In this document: in pieces, positions 26,723 to 38,690 of the stretch
Layout of the letters: the number at the start of each line of letters is the position of its first letter
Position numbering within the stretch: position 1 is the first letter of the stretch
Source: Octopus sinensis
Lineage: Eukaryota
Assembly (NCBI RefSeq): GCF_006345805.1
Contig: NC_042997.1
Coordinates: 16,554,001-16,618,000, forward strand
Reading direction: 5' to 3'
DNA: 64,000 nucleotides
Notes under the pieces: model-generated
Databases searched by the model: none
What the model was told of the DNA's origin: nothing
Seen by the model: only the letters and a program-made list of their open reading frames with translations
Made by a program: the position numbers and the translations under genes

Positions 26723-27689
26723 CTTTCTGGTCCTTTATTTGAAATGGGTCTTTTCTTTGTTTAATATCTATCCTCATTATTTTTTCCCCCCTGACTTTGT
26801 GTATTTGGTTTTTGTATGTTTCCTTTTTACTTTTAGATATTTTACCTCATGCCATTCTCGAGTTAATTATTTTCTATAGATTTATTTATTATTTGCCTTA
26901 TATGATAATTAGATGGATAGACTTGAGAATTTTAATGTTTAATTGATTTAAAATTTCAAGTAGTGGGGCATGTAGCTAACACATTTAACTGTAATGCATC
27001 AAATAATTTTAAATAAGTATATTACATCTGTCGAGATGAAAAAGGAGTACACACTCACAGAAAGACATCATGTTGGTGTCATATAAAGAGCACCTGTGCT
27101 GGCGTCACATAAAAAGCATCCGTACTGGAATCAAGAAAAGCACCCTGTAGGATATCCAGCTGTAGAAACCATGCCAAAACAGATGACTGGAGTCTGGTGC
27201 AACCCTCCGGCTTACCAGCTCCTGTCAAACCACCCAACCCATGCCAGCATGTTAGATAATGATGATGATGATGATATAACATCTTCATTGTCATAACCCA
27301 TACTCACATGGGTTAGATTGAATTTGTCAAGGTGGATTTTCTAGGGCCAGATGATGCTCTTCCTGTTGTTAATCCTCACCTATTTCCAAGTAAGGTAATA
27401 TTGAAACAAGGACACTGCTTGCATGATGATGACACTCATTTTATAACTGTAACAATATCAAGGCAAAGAATAACATGCACGCACACACACATACACACAT
27501 GCAACGGGCTTCTTTATACAGTTTCTGTATACCAAACTCACTTAAAAGGCTTTGGTTGGTGCAGGGCAATAGTAGAAGGCACTCACCCAAGGTACCACAC
27601 AGTGGGAATAAACTTGGAGCCATGTGGTTGGGAAACAAACTTCCTACCACACAATCATGCCTGTACCCACCTATACATATGTATATGTG

Positions 27690-27724
27690 TGTGTATGTAT
27701 TGGTGTAGGTGTGGCTCAATATAT

Positions 27725-27755
<31 letters not shown>

Positions 27756-27906
27756 CTATATATATATATGTATTGGTGTAGTGTGGCTCAATATATATAT
27801 ATAATATATATATATATATAATATATATATATATATATTGGTGTAGGTGTGGCTCATATATATATATATATATATATATATGTATTGGTGTAGGTGTGGC
27901 TCAATG

Positions 27907-27965
<59 letters not shown>
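27690..27965. repeat. Compound minisatellite tattggtgtaggtgtggctca + (TA)n, ~4 units
   Basis: Directly visible. Confidence 0.9.
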
Positions 27966-27967
<2 letters not shown>

Positions 27968-28178
27968 TATTTCCTAATTGATTACTTCTGGCAAAGGAAG
28001 GTAAGGGAAACAACTCTGAAATTTAAGCTAATTACAATTATATTGAATGAAGCCATGGGATTGATCATTTGGCAAGTGCAATGACAATTCCAGGTGTGCT
28101 TAGTTTTACTATCCACTTAACTGTTTCTTGTGTAGTGATTCCTGGGTACCTCATCCCCACTCCTGGTTATTGTTTTAA

Positions 28179-28395
28179 CTCCTTTTGTTACTATACTTCC
28201 ACTAACATACATTGCCTTTATTTCTGTCAGTTTTGAAAATAATGAATTTACTAAAAGAGTCTGGTCATTATTAAGCTGGTGCTCAGAACAAACTAACACA
28301 GAATTTTGATGGAAGATTCTAATTTAGATCACTTTAAATTAGGAAGTTTATATCACTGAACCAGGGTGGTCTCAGGTGGTTTAGTATTAAAAAAG
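28179..28395. mobile_element. Second TTAA-flanked MITE family (also ~41851-42068 and ~58680-58907 inverted)
   Basis: TTAA flanks and shared internal tggaagatt(c/t)taatt segment. Confidence 0.6.
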
Positions 28396-28587
28396 TTAAA
28401 GGGTGCTTGCTTGAGTTATTGAAGTGTTAGTGTTATTCCACAGTAACTTCATCGTCATCATTATCATCATCATCATTTAACATCTGTTGTCCGTACTGGC
28501 AAGCTAAGGGGTTGTACCAGACTCCAGTCTGATTTGGCATGGCTTCTACAGCTTGATGCCCTTCCTAACACCAACCGCTCTTTTTTT

Positions 28588-28985
28588 TATCTTTTATCTC
28601 TTTTATTTGTTTCAATCATTTGACTGCGGCCATGCTGGAGCACTGCCTTCGGTCAAGCAAATCGACCCCAGGACTTATTCTTTGTAAGCCTAGTACTTAT
28701 TCTATCAGTCTCTTTTGCCGAACCTATAGTTACGGGGACGCAAACACACCAGCATCAGTTGTCAAGCGATGTTGAGGGGACAAACACATACATACATACA
28801 TACACACACACATATACATATGCGATGGGCTTCTTTCAGTTTCCGTCTACCAAATCCACTCACAAGGCTTTGGTCAGCCTGCGGTTATAGTAGAAGACAT
28901 TTGCCCAAGGTGCTATGCAGTGGGACTGAACCCAGAACCATGTGATTGGTAAGCAAGCTACTTAGCACACAGCCACTCCTACGCC
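28588..28985 (-). mobile_element. SINE family A, full length
   Basis: Complete reverse complement of 49440-49850. Confidence 0.9.
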
Positions 28986-28994
28986 TTGAAAAAT

Positions 28995-29215
28995 TTACTG
29001 GATGTTTTTATGTGACACCACATAGGTGCTTTTACATGGCAATGCACGGGTGCTTTTACATGTTGCTGAATGGGCACTTTTATGTGTTGCTGCGCAGGTG
29101 CTTTTACACATTGCTGCACAGGCTCTTTTATGTATGTCACATGGACACCTTTATGTATTGCTGCACAGGCACTTTTATGTGTTGCCACATGAGTGCTTTT
29201 GTGTGTCGCTGCACA
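28995..29215. repeat. ~22-bp minisatellite, ~9 degenerate units
   Basis: Repeating gtgcttttatgtgttgctgcacag-like units. Confidence 0.85.
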
Positions 29216-29455
29216 GTAATCTAGTGACATAGTAGTCAACTACACTTTCATCCCTTCCTATGGTGATAAATTAAGTACCAGGTATGCATCAGTTTGGTTA
29301 TTTGTGCCACTGTAAGAAATCAATATATCTATCGTATAGCTGTTTACCTGAGATGATTGGACGCTGCATGTTTACGATGTTCATGTTGCAGTAAAACAGA
29401 CAAACATGCATATATGCACACACACATGCACATATGAAACAATAGAGGTCATTTG

Positions 29456-29608
29456 CAGAGCTGGCCCTAGGGTTGCTGGCACCCCAGGCTAGCTGAACAG
29501 GCTAGCATCTACAAGCTGATGGTCATGGAAATTTTCTTGTCTTTGTCACACACCCTGCATGGCACCCTGGGCAATTGCTCAAGTTTCTGGTTCCTTGAGC
29601 TGGCCCTG
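29456..29608. mobile_element. hAT-type MITE
   Basis: TIRs cagagctggcc / agctggccctg; imperfect TSD gtcatttg / gttatttt. Confidence 0.55.
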
Positions 29609-30739
29609 GTTATTTTGCTCAGGAACCCATTTTTGGTTTTGCTGTAGCATCTAATATTGTTTCAGATTTTGGTCAAAGGTGAATAGTATTGAGGAAAAGG
29701 GGGTTAGTTGATACTATTAACCTTAGTATTGAACTGATATTTTATTTTATTGACTCTGAAAGGATGAGATGCAAAATTGAGCTTGCTAGGATTTGAACTC
29801 AGAGTGTAAACAAACAGAGGAAATGCTGCAAAGCATTTTATCCTATGCCTTAACAATTCTGCCAGTACATTGCTTTAATAGTTTCGAAGTTTGGTGCACG
29901 ACCAGCAGTTTTAGTGCAGGAGTAAGTTGATTATATCAACCCCTAGTGCTGAACTGGTACTTATTTTATTGCCCCTGAAAGGATGAAAGGCAAAGTTGAC
30001 CATGGCGGAATTTGACCGTAAAGAGTTGGGGAGAAATGCCTCCAAACATTCTTTCCAGCACACTAATGATTTTGTCAGCTTTGCCATAGCAGAAATATTA
30101 ATCATAATATTTATCAGAGGAATTAATATTAATCATGATTTTAATTATGATTAATTAATATTAATCATAATATTTACCAGAGTCAATACTAAAGTGGTAG
30201 TGGCATTGCCTATACTGTTATTGTGTGTGTGTGTTTTGCCCTTGTTCTAATTACATAATTCATTGCTCTGGGTCAAAACCAGGACTGATTTTCACCTTTT
30301 ATCCTGTGAGTAGGAGTAGTAGGAGAACTAACTACTGCCCATAACAAATCAATGTGGAGGCTATTATATTTACTACATCTGTTTTCCTAAAAATAATGCT
30401 TTTGTGCTTATGCAGTGTGGGGAAGAGAGGGGTATGTTCAGATATCGGAAATAAGGATTTCTGTGATAAACTCGCTGCAAACTAAAACCCATTGTTTAGT
30501 TTTCATGACTAGTTCCTTTCTTTTCATTCAGACCACTTCATTTTTTTTCCCTCTCCTTCCTTTACTCATCTAAATTTTATATGATTGTGTGACATTCATA
30601 CCTTTTACATACATATAAAAGGTGTTGGTATGAGTGTAACACAGCCTTGATATTTCCTTTCATTCCTACAAACTGAAATGTTGAGAAATTCTAAATTAGA
30701 TATTTATCGCATGTGATTCCAATACTAAGTAAACGGAGA

Positions 30740-30890
30740 CAGGAGGTATGGCTGTGTATTTAAGAAGCTTGCCTTGTAACCACTTAGATTCTAGTTCAGT
30801 CCCACTGTGGCACTTTGGGTAAGTGTCTTCTAGTATAGCTCTGGGCCAGGCAGTGAATTTGGTAGATGGAAACTGTGTGGAAACCTGTAC

Positions 30891-30922
<32 letters not shown>

Positions 30923-31505
30923 ATGTGTCTTTGTGTTTGTCACCCCCACCCGCTTGTCAACTGGTGTTGATTTTTTTCTTTATTCTTTTATTCTTTTACA
31001 TGTTTCAGTCATTTGGCTGTGGCCATGCTGGAACATCGCCTCAAAGGGTTTTAGTCAAATAAATCGACCCCAGGACTTATTCTTTGTAAGTCTAGTACTT
31101 ATTCTATCAGTCTCTTTTGCCAAACTGCTAAGTTACAGGGACATAAACATACCAACACATCATTGTGAAACAATGATGAGGGACAAATACACACACACAC
31201 AATGGGCTTCTTTCAGTTTATGTCTACCAAATCCACTCACAAAGCTTTGGTTAGCCCAAAGCTGTAGTAAAAGACACTTACCCTAGGTGCCACACAATGG
31301 GACTGAACCTCAAACCATGTGGTTGGAAACAAGCTTCTTACCACACAGCCAAAATGTTTACATTTTCACAATTTAGCAAAAGAGATTGATAGAACAAGTA
31401 CCAGGATTTAAACAAAAACGGAAGCACTAGGTCAGTTTGTCTAATCCTTTAATAGCAGTGCTCCAGCATGACCACAGTCCAATGATTGAAACAAATAAAA
31501 AATAA
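30740..31505. mobile_element. SINE A (+) interrupted by a nested SINE A (-) at ~31000-31352
   Basis: Head at 30740-30968, reverse copy, then tail resumes at ~31353. Confidence 0.75.
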
Positions 31506-32335
31506 ATACATTGAATTTTCATGATCAATGCATCTATTAATGTAAGATCAGTTATATTAACACCAGTGGATTTTTTTTTTACCAACTTAGAGGAGGAAGG
31601 GGCAGTGCCTGTGTAATTCTTTGGACCTCTGAGACTGGTATGAAGAAAAGACAAAAGTTATCCGCAGTGGCCTCTGCTAAAAATACCTAAAAGTGAAGTG
31701 GTGATGTTGAACCTGGCAGTATGTTAAGCCTACCACCTTAGAGCAGAGGTATTCTCTCTGACAAGCTTCCGCTTATTCTTGTTGTCATCATCATCATCAT
31801 TTAACATCCATTTTCTACACTGGTCAGAGGATTACATCAAAGTCTGCTTTGGCATGGTTTCGGTGGCTGGATGTTCTTCCTAATGCCTACCATTTTACAG
31901 AGTGTTCTGAGTGTTTTTTTTTTACATAGCACCAGCACTAGTGAGGTCGCCAAGTGATGTGCAAGACGAGGCTCTCTGAACTGAGGGAGGAGTAGTATTG
32001 ATAGAGATGGCTTTGTGCTAGGTGATGATAGGCTAAATTATGATAGAGGGACATATATTTGAAAAAGAAAAGAGATTGTAGTGAAGATAGGTTGACCTGT
32101 GGCTAAAATAAAAGGCATTTATTGCTCAAAGTGCTGCTCTGTACAATTAAAGCTCTGACATCTGACAACTAATTTGGTAGACACCCACAAGATTATACAC
32201 CATCTTTCCAACAACAACCTTGGGCCCCTTTTGAATTTCATGTCTCACACTTGTGCGAGACATGAAATGAAAGTCAAGAAGGCTGAGAGTGTCTTAGTAT
32301 CACCCAGTAAGACCTTTGTCAGCCACTCTCCAACT

Positions 32336-32562
32336 GCGAGCTGGCAGAAACGTTAGCGCGCCGGGCGAAATGCTTAGCGGTATTTCGTCTGACGTTACGT
32401 TCTGAGTTCAAATTCCGCTGAGGTAGACTTTGCTTTTCATTCTTTCGGGGTCGATAAATAAAGTACCAGTTTCGCACTGGGGTCGATGTAATCGACTTAA
32501 TCCCTTTGTCTGTCCTTGTTTGTCCCCTCTATGTTTAGCCCCCTGTGGATAGTAAAGAAATA
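32336..32562 (+). mobile_element. Nin/Deu-type SINE
   Basis: Close match to 1142-1371. Confidence 0.85.
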
Positions 32563-32574
32563 TATTTAAAACTG

Positions 32575-33140
32575 TATACAACTATGGTATGCCCACACTC
32601 ACAGAGTGTGTCAATCTACTGGAAACTGTTCAGAAACCGGCAACCAGACAAATACCCACAATGTAGCATCTACCATACTCTGAACATTTTGCTTACCTGG
32701 GCAGGGACACATTAAAGCTCTGATGTCTGGCAACTAACTTGGTAGACATCTGCAAGATTATCCACCATCTTTCCAACAACAACCTAGAGTACCTTTTTGA
32801 ATTTCATATGTCTAACACTTGAGGATATGCTTACAAACTGAAAAAGCCACACAACACTCATGGTTTTCAGAAACAGTTTATCATATTTAGAATTGCTGAA
32901 GCATAGAATAAACTATCTGCATCAGTTGTTCACTGTTGGAACACTACATCCTTCAAAACTTCCATGCTTCCTGAAATTCTTCAACAGTACACCTGATGTG
33001 CCCCTCTTTTCTTTTAAAATGATTCATTTATTGTTCACTTCATATGCATATTCTATGTACAGTTCTTACACTTTTGGCTACTTTTTCTGATGAGTTGTGG
33101 TGCATCTGAGCACTGTATACAATAAATTCATTACTATTAA
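32575..33140 (+). mobile_element. Degenerate CR1 LINE 3' part; segment also present at ~32147-32260
   Basis: Similar to 18511-18840; attaaagctctga...ccatctttccaacaacaacct occurs twice. Confidence 0.7.
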
Positions 33141-34313
33141 GCTTGAAATCACATAACTGGGAGGGGTGAGAGGGACGTTGTGATGTTTATTTTTTACAAG
33201 AGGCATTAATGGCCAGTCAAATAAAATAGTCACCTCTAATTATCAAACCTGGGTCCAGTAATGGAAATAGGTTTAGGGACTAGGAGTATGTTTAAAATCT
33301 GTGAGGCTGAGGTTGGGAAGGTTAGATGCTATAAGCCCCCACCCACCACTCCTTAAAAGTAGAAGTAAAAGAGCTTAAGAATAAGGGGTTGTCATGCCTC
33401 TGTGTACCCTTTGCCTGTTTTCATTGTTGCCTTAACCAAACACGTTTAGTTTGGTAGAAGCTTACAACCTATGTTACTGTGATCACTACTCACTAAGACA
33501 AAAATATATATATTGAAATAATTTGTTCCAATGAGGTAATTATGTGGTCAGTCTATCTGCTAGAAATAGCAGCAAATCTTCCTCAAATCATATCTTACCA
33601 TCTTAAAAAATATGGACAGTGTAGTTCTAGATTACAAGACAGTTTACTTCTGGTTAAAAAACCCACCACCAACAACAACAACAATAACAACAGTTGGTTT
33701 CAGTTTCAGTCAGTCATGTTGAAAGAGTGCTGTACATATATCCTATCAGTATCATGTGGAAGTAAAATTTCTCTAGTGTAAGCAGTGGGATTACTGACTA
33801 ACTGATGAGTGTTTTGTTATGTAGCAGTGTTAAATGCAAATCCTCTATTGCTATATTTGTCTGTCCCACTAACCTAAAAGACAGAAAAGGATAATTTCAT
33901 TGAAAGTTATGTCTGTCAGGTATTCATCAGTTATGTTTATGGACCATTGTCATATAGTGCCAAATCTTTTATTAGATCTTAGTCTGTCTGTCTCTCTCTC
34001 ACTCTCTCTCTGTATATATATATATCTATTTATAGATCCAGTGTTATACAATATAGAACAAGACCTGTGAAGCTGATGAATTTTCTGATATAAAGAGTTT
34101 TGCATTGCTTCATAGTGTGGTGGCCTATACAATGTGTCTGTTGTGCTTGTCTCCAGATCAGCTCCAATGAAGCAGACTAATGATCAAAATCATTCCATCT
34201 TTCAGTAGCTCATCATTTTGCATATGTAGGACTAAATTTTCCATTCTATCTTTCCTTCTTTCATGACTGTAGATACATGAAATTTAGTTGCTATTTCTAG
34301 CGATCATGAAGAG

Positions 34314-34727
34314 CAGTGGTTCCCACAGTGGGCGGTATTGCTCCCCTGGGGACGGTGGAAAGTTCCAAGGGGGCATTGAAGAAAAGTGGGGCAATAATAG
34401 GGTAGTGATTCATGTAAAATGTGGGGCAATTATGGGGTAACGATTCATGTAAAAACAACAAAATAATGGGTTTGTTAGGTTAAGTGTTATTTGTAAAATA
34501 CAGTTGCTTTGAACTTGCTTCAGAAAGAGGTCTGTTTGTGATACTTACTTGAGCTGCCGCGCTTCGTTTTTAAATGTGTGTCGTCGGTGATACCTGGTTG
34601 ATCCTGCCAGTAGTCATATGCTTGTCTCAAAGCTTAAGCCATGCAAGTGTAAGTTCATGCCGTAAACGAATGGTGAAACCGCGAATGGCTCAGGGGGTGG
34701 CATCCTGAAAAAGTTTGGGAACCACTG
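34314..34727. mobile_element. hAT (Charlie-like) MITE carrying an rDNA-derived insert
   Basis: TIRs cagtggttccca / tgggaaccactg; TSD atgaagag / atgtagag; body matches 13031-13290. Confidence 0.9.
34591..34692 (+). rRNA. 18S rRNA 5'-end fragment (non-functional), preceded by ~45 nt of probable 5'ETS
   Basis: TACCTGGTTGATCCTGCCAGTAGTCATATGCTTGTCTCAAAG.TTAAGCCATGCA...GGTGAAACCGCGAATGGCTCA is the conserved eukaryotic SSU rRNA 5' terminus. Confidence 0.93.
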
Positions 34728-35066
34728 ATGTAGAGGATACCTCAAGACTGGGAAACTGTATGAGATTTGATATTAAGTGGATAATTTATTGGATTATCAT
34801 GGATAATCCAATGGATCTTGGGTTCAAATCCACCACAAATATTTCCTTGTAGCTTAGGCCATGACAAGTTGATATATGCTTCAGTTGTCTGTCTTTGTGG
34901 GGAACAGATATTAAATGTTCTAGAAATGTCATAGACTGGTATTATATCTTGGAAGGAAGGAAGGTGGTGGTGATGGTGGGAAATTAAACACTGGTTTTGG
35001 ACCATTGTGATTAGAAAAAAATTAATTTTATTTTATTTTAATGGCTATGCTTGTGGTTTTTTTCAG

Positions 35067-35174
35067 AACCTCTAAAACTAGTTGGAGTAAGCATTTAGAC
35101 CAGGCCTCTGCAGGCAAATCTGGTCTAAATGTTTGCAACTAAGAGTGGATTCTGTTAAAGGCATCCATAGCCAG
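35067..35174 (+). other. Candidate non-coding or poison cassette exon (108 nt) that folds into a hairpin
   Basis: ggtttttttcag acceptor, CAG|GTAATC donor, stops in all three frames, 17-bp stem 35087-35103/35120-35136. Confidence 0.4.
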
Positions 35175-36376
35175 GTAATCATCATCAGTTGAGGCACTGT
35201 TTTATGTCAGTGAGAAAAGCAATTTGATGTACAAAAATGTAGTACTATGTTTGCTGAAGTATATTTATCACACTCTAAATGTTGACAGAAATATAGTTAA
35301 ATGTCTGAATGAATACATACATATTTACTTTAGTAACATCTTTAGAGAATGATTTACACAGATATCACATTGATACAGTTTCTCTCTTGTATAAATATGT
35401 TTGTGTTTTGTTATGCTATTTAGTTGAGAAAATGATTTACATAGATAACACTGAATACATTTGAATGTAAGTTAAATTTCACAGGGAATCCTTTACCACA
35501 GATATCATAGTAATGTGGTTTCTCTCTTGCATGAATAGGTTTGTGTGCAGTTAGCATATTTCTGTAAGGTATACTTATTTTTTTTTTCTGATATCGACCT
35601 TCTTAGTTGCCTCTTACAACAAGGGATACCTCTTTTTACAAACCAGGATACATATGGTGTGCTTTGTGTGAACAATTATTTAAAATTTATGTTGGTTGAT
35701 ATAATAACCATGAGCTCAACATACTTATCAAACTATATTATCATTAATTCAAATCTTACCACACCCATTGTATAGTCTCAGAGCAAGGGAGAAAACTCTG
35801 CTTCGCTGTAGGCATACAAAGGTCATTGGCACTGTCTCTCTGACTAATTATTAATTAACTGGTTTCTATTTCATGGTTGAGTAGTTATCAAACAGATGTG
35901 CATCCACCTGTAATGACAATTCATCACAATGGCCAAATACATGCTAGCTTTCATTCCATTGTGTTGCTGTATTTTGAATACCTCATTTAACATTGCAGCA
36001 GTTCAGTTAGTAGTAGTCACTGGAAATAAATAGCCAGATCACCTTGGAATGAACAGCCATTGCCCTGTGTTGACCACTTATATTGGTTCACAAGGTCATT
36101 GGATACTGCATTGCACAAGACTTTATTAGAAAGAAAATTTTCTCTCCTATCAGCATTAAGCCATGGACATTAAGATGATGATGATTGTGGTTTATTACAG
36201 TTCATTATTTTGCAGTCTGTAATGTTAGATATTAGCTATAAAATTATGTAATTTCTAAAGAAAGTCTCATGTTATTCAAAACATTTGTGTGTGCATGCGT
36301 GTGTGTGTGTGCTTGTACATCCGTATGCTTGTACACTTCCTTTTTCTTTCTCTGTCTTACACACACACGCGCGCAC

Positions 36377-36420
<44 letters not shown>

Positions 36421-37350
36421 TCAAGTTTAAAGCTGAAATCTTAAAAGTAACGAGAAAAAGATTTATTTTTTTTTGCAAAAGAAATTCTGGAAACAATAAA
36501 TAAATAAAAATGTTTTGATAACTTTTTTACGTTATCAATTTAAAAATTGATATGTGATAAAATAATATATATGTTATATTTATATAAATGCTTGAGTGAA
36601 ATTTTATAAAGAATTTTTATGATTTTCTTCTACCACCAGTTACATAAACAAAAACAACTCAAAACATTTTTGAATAAACTGCTTTGTACAGCTGGGAAAA
36701 AATAATTGCTTAACTGTTCATATCTAAGCCTTATAGACGATGATTTGAACAAAAGACAAGAAGGGTTTGTAACTGAGTTCCAATTCATCATTTGTATTGC
36801 TAATGTTCCCATAGAATGGATGAAAGTCACAACATCCCCTGTTTTTCTTTCTCTGTATATATCCCTTCATTTTATTTTAGAGGGAACATGTGACAGGTGT
36901 AGACTCAATAAGATATGTGAAGCTAAGTAAAAGCATGGTTGTTTTTGAATACAGGCTCATCTCCTGCAACACTCTCCAGCTGAACATCCCTAATCTTGTG
37001 GGCTTGTATGTGCTGGCACTATGTAAAAAACACTCATGTGCTGTGTAAAAGAACCCAGCACACTATGTAAAGTGGTTGGCGTTAGGAAGGGCATCCAGTT
37101 GTAGGAACCATGCCAAAACAGACAGGGAGCCTGAACAGACCTTCATCTGGTCAGCTCTTGTCAAACCCATGCCAGCATGGAAAATGAATGTTAAATGATG
37201 ATGATATGTTGGTTGAGTGGTTAAGAAGCTTGCATCACAATCATGTGGTTTCAGGTTCAGCCCCACTTAATGGCACATGGTCAAATATATTTTACTATAG
37301 CCCTAGGCTGACCAATAAAGCCTTTTCAAGGAATTTGGTTGATGGAAACA

Positions 37351-37400
<50 letters not shown>

Positions 37401-37556
37401 ACAACAGTTAGTGACACACTTCAAAACCCAATAAATGTTGCAGAAAATGAATGTAAAATGATGAGCTTATCAAGTTGCAATAACAGGATTTAAGAATGAT
37501 CAGTATCGGACATTGTTGGTCTCTCAAAAGGCATACCTGTTGTTGTTATTGTATAG

Positions 37557-37943
37557 TGGAGGCGCAATGGTCCAGTGGTTAGGGCAGCGGACTCGCGGTC
37601 ATAGGATCGCGGTTTCGATTCCCAGACAGGGCGTTGTGAGTGTTTATTGAGCGAAAACACCTAAAGCTCCACGAGGCTCCGGCAGGGGATGGTGGTGATC
37701 CCTGCTGTACTCTTTCACCACAACTTTCTCTCACTCTTACTTCCTGTTTCTGTTGTACCTGTATTTCAAGGGGTCGGCCTTGTCACTCTCTGTGTCACGC
37801 TGAATATCCCCGAGAACTACGTTAAGGGTACACGTGTCTGTGGAGTGCTCAGCCACTTACACGCTAATTTCACGAGCAGGCTGTTCCGTTGATTCGGATC
37901 AACCGGAATCCTCGTCGTCGTAACCGACAGCGTGCTTCCCCCC
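37557..37943 (+). mobile_element. tRNA-derived SINE (OR1/OR2-like), full length
   Basis: tggaggcgcaatggtccagtggttagggcagcggactcgcg...ggtttcgattccc head; 7-bp TSD tgtatag at 37550-37556 and 37944-37950; CpG-rich, so probably young. Confidence 0.88.
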
Positions 37944-38355
37944 TGTATAGCCACTGGGTGGCCAAACTTACGACTCCTATACTTAGTCAAATGACCAGGT
38001 GTGCTCCTGATATCTCATCTCTGATATACTGTAGTGGTTTACCATATGAAGTAATGGGTGAGCCTATTGCATAATGTTGTATAGTCCCAGGTCAGCTTAA
38101 GTGAGCTGACATATGATCAAAGATATTCCAGCTATTACTATCCCTTCTTGTTTTGTATACCAGGAACTTTATTGTCTGATTGTACCTTTCCCTTTTTCAA
38201 GATAATGGGGTGTAATTTTAAGGAAGACCAGGTAATTCCTATCCTAATTGGATGGCAACTGCACAGAGTTCGTTCATTGGTTCTTTGCATTGTTTTCTTC
38301 TTTTTTTTTACTGTTGAAGTTCTAAGGGGCCCTATTTATAGGATAGAATCGAATT

Positions 38356-38690
38356 GAACCAGCCAGGATCCCTGGTCTGGTGGTACGTAAAAAGCACTAT
38401 CCGACTCATGGCCGATGCCAGTGCCGCCTCGACTGGCCTCCGTGCCGGTGGCACGTAAAATACACTATTCCGATCGTGGCCGTTGCCAGCCTTGCCTGGC
38501 ACGTAAAAAGCACCCACTACACTCACGGAGTGGTTGGCGTTAGGAAGGGCATCCAGCTGTAGAAACATTGCCAGATAAGACTGGAGCCTGGTGTAGTCTT
38601 CTGGCTTCCCAGATCCCCGGTCGAACCGTCCAACCCATGCTAGCATGGAGAACGGACGTTAAACGATGATGATGATGATGATGATGATGA
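38356..38690 (+). mobile_element. Family B RTE 3'UTR copy (shorter copy at 39020-39183)
   Basis: Three (g)cacgtaaaa-type units, gttaggaagggcatccagctgtag, (gat)n tail. Confidence 0.88.

Noticed and set aside
28995-29215. CRISPR-like periodic array
   Set aside because: Degenerate head-to-tail units with no unique spacers, no cas genes, eukaryotic context.
34591-34692. Functional rDNA locus
   Set aside because: Only ~100 nt of 18S, bounded by MITE sequence; no rest of the unit.
37557-37635. tRNA genes (also at 16885-16961, 39757-39830, 49440-49515)
   Set aside because: These are SINE heads continuing into SINE bodies, most with TSDs.
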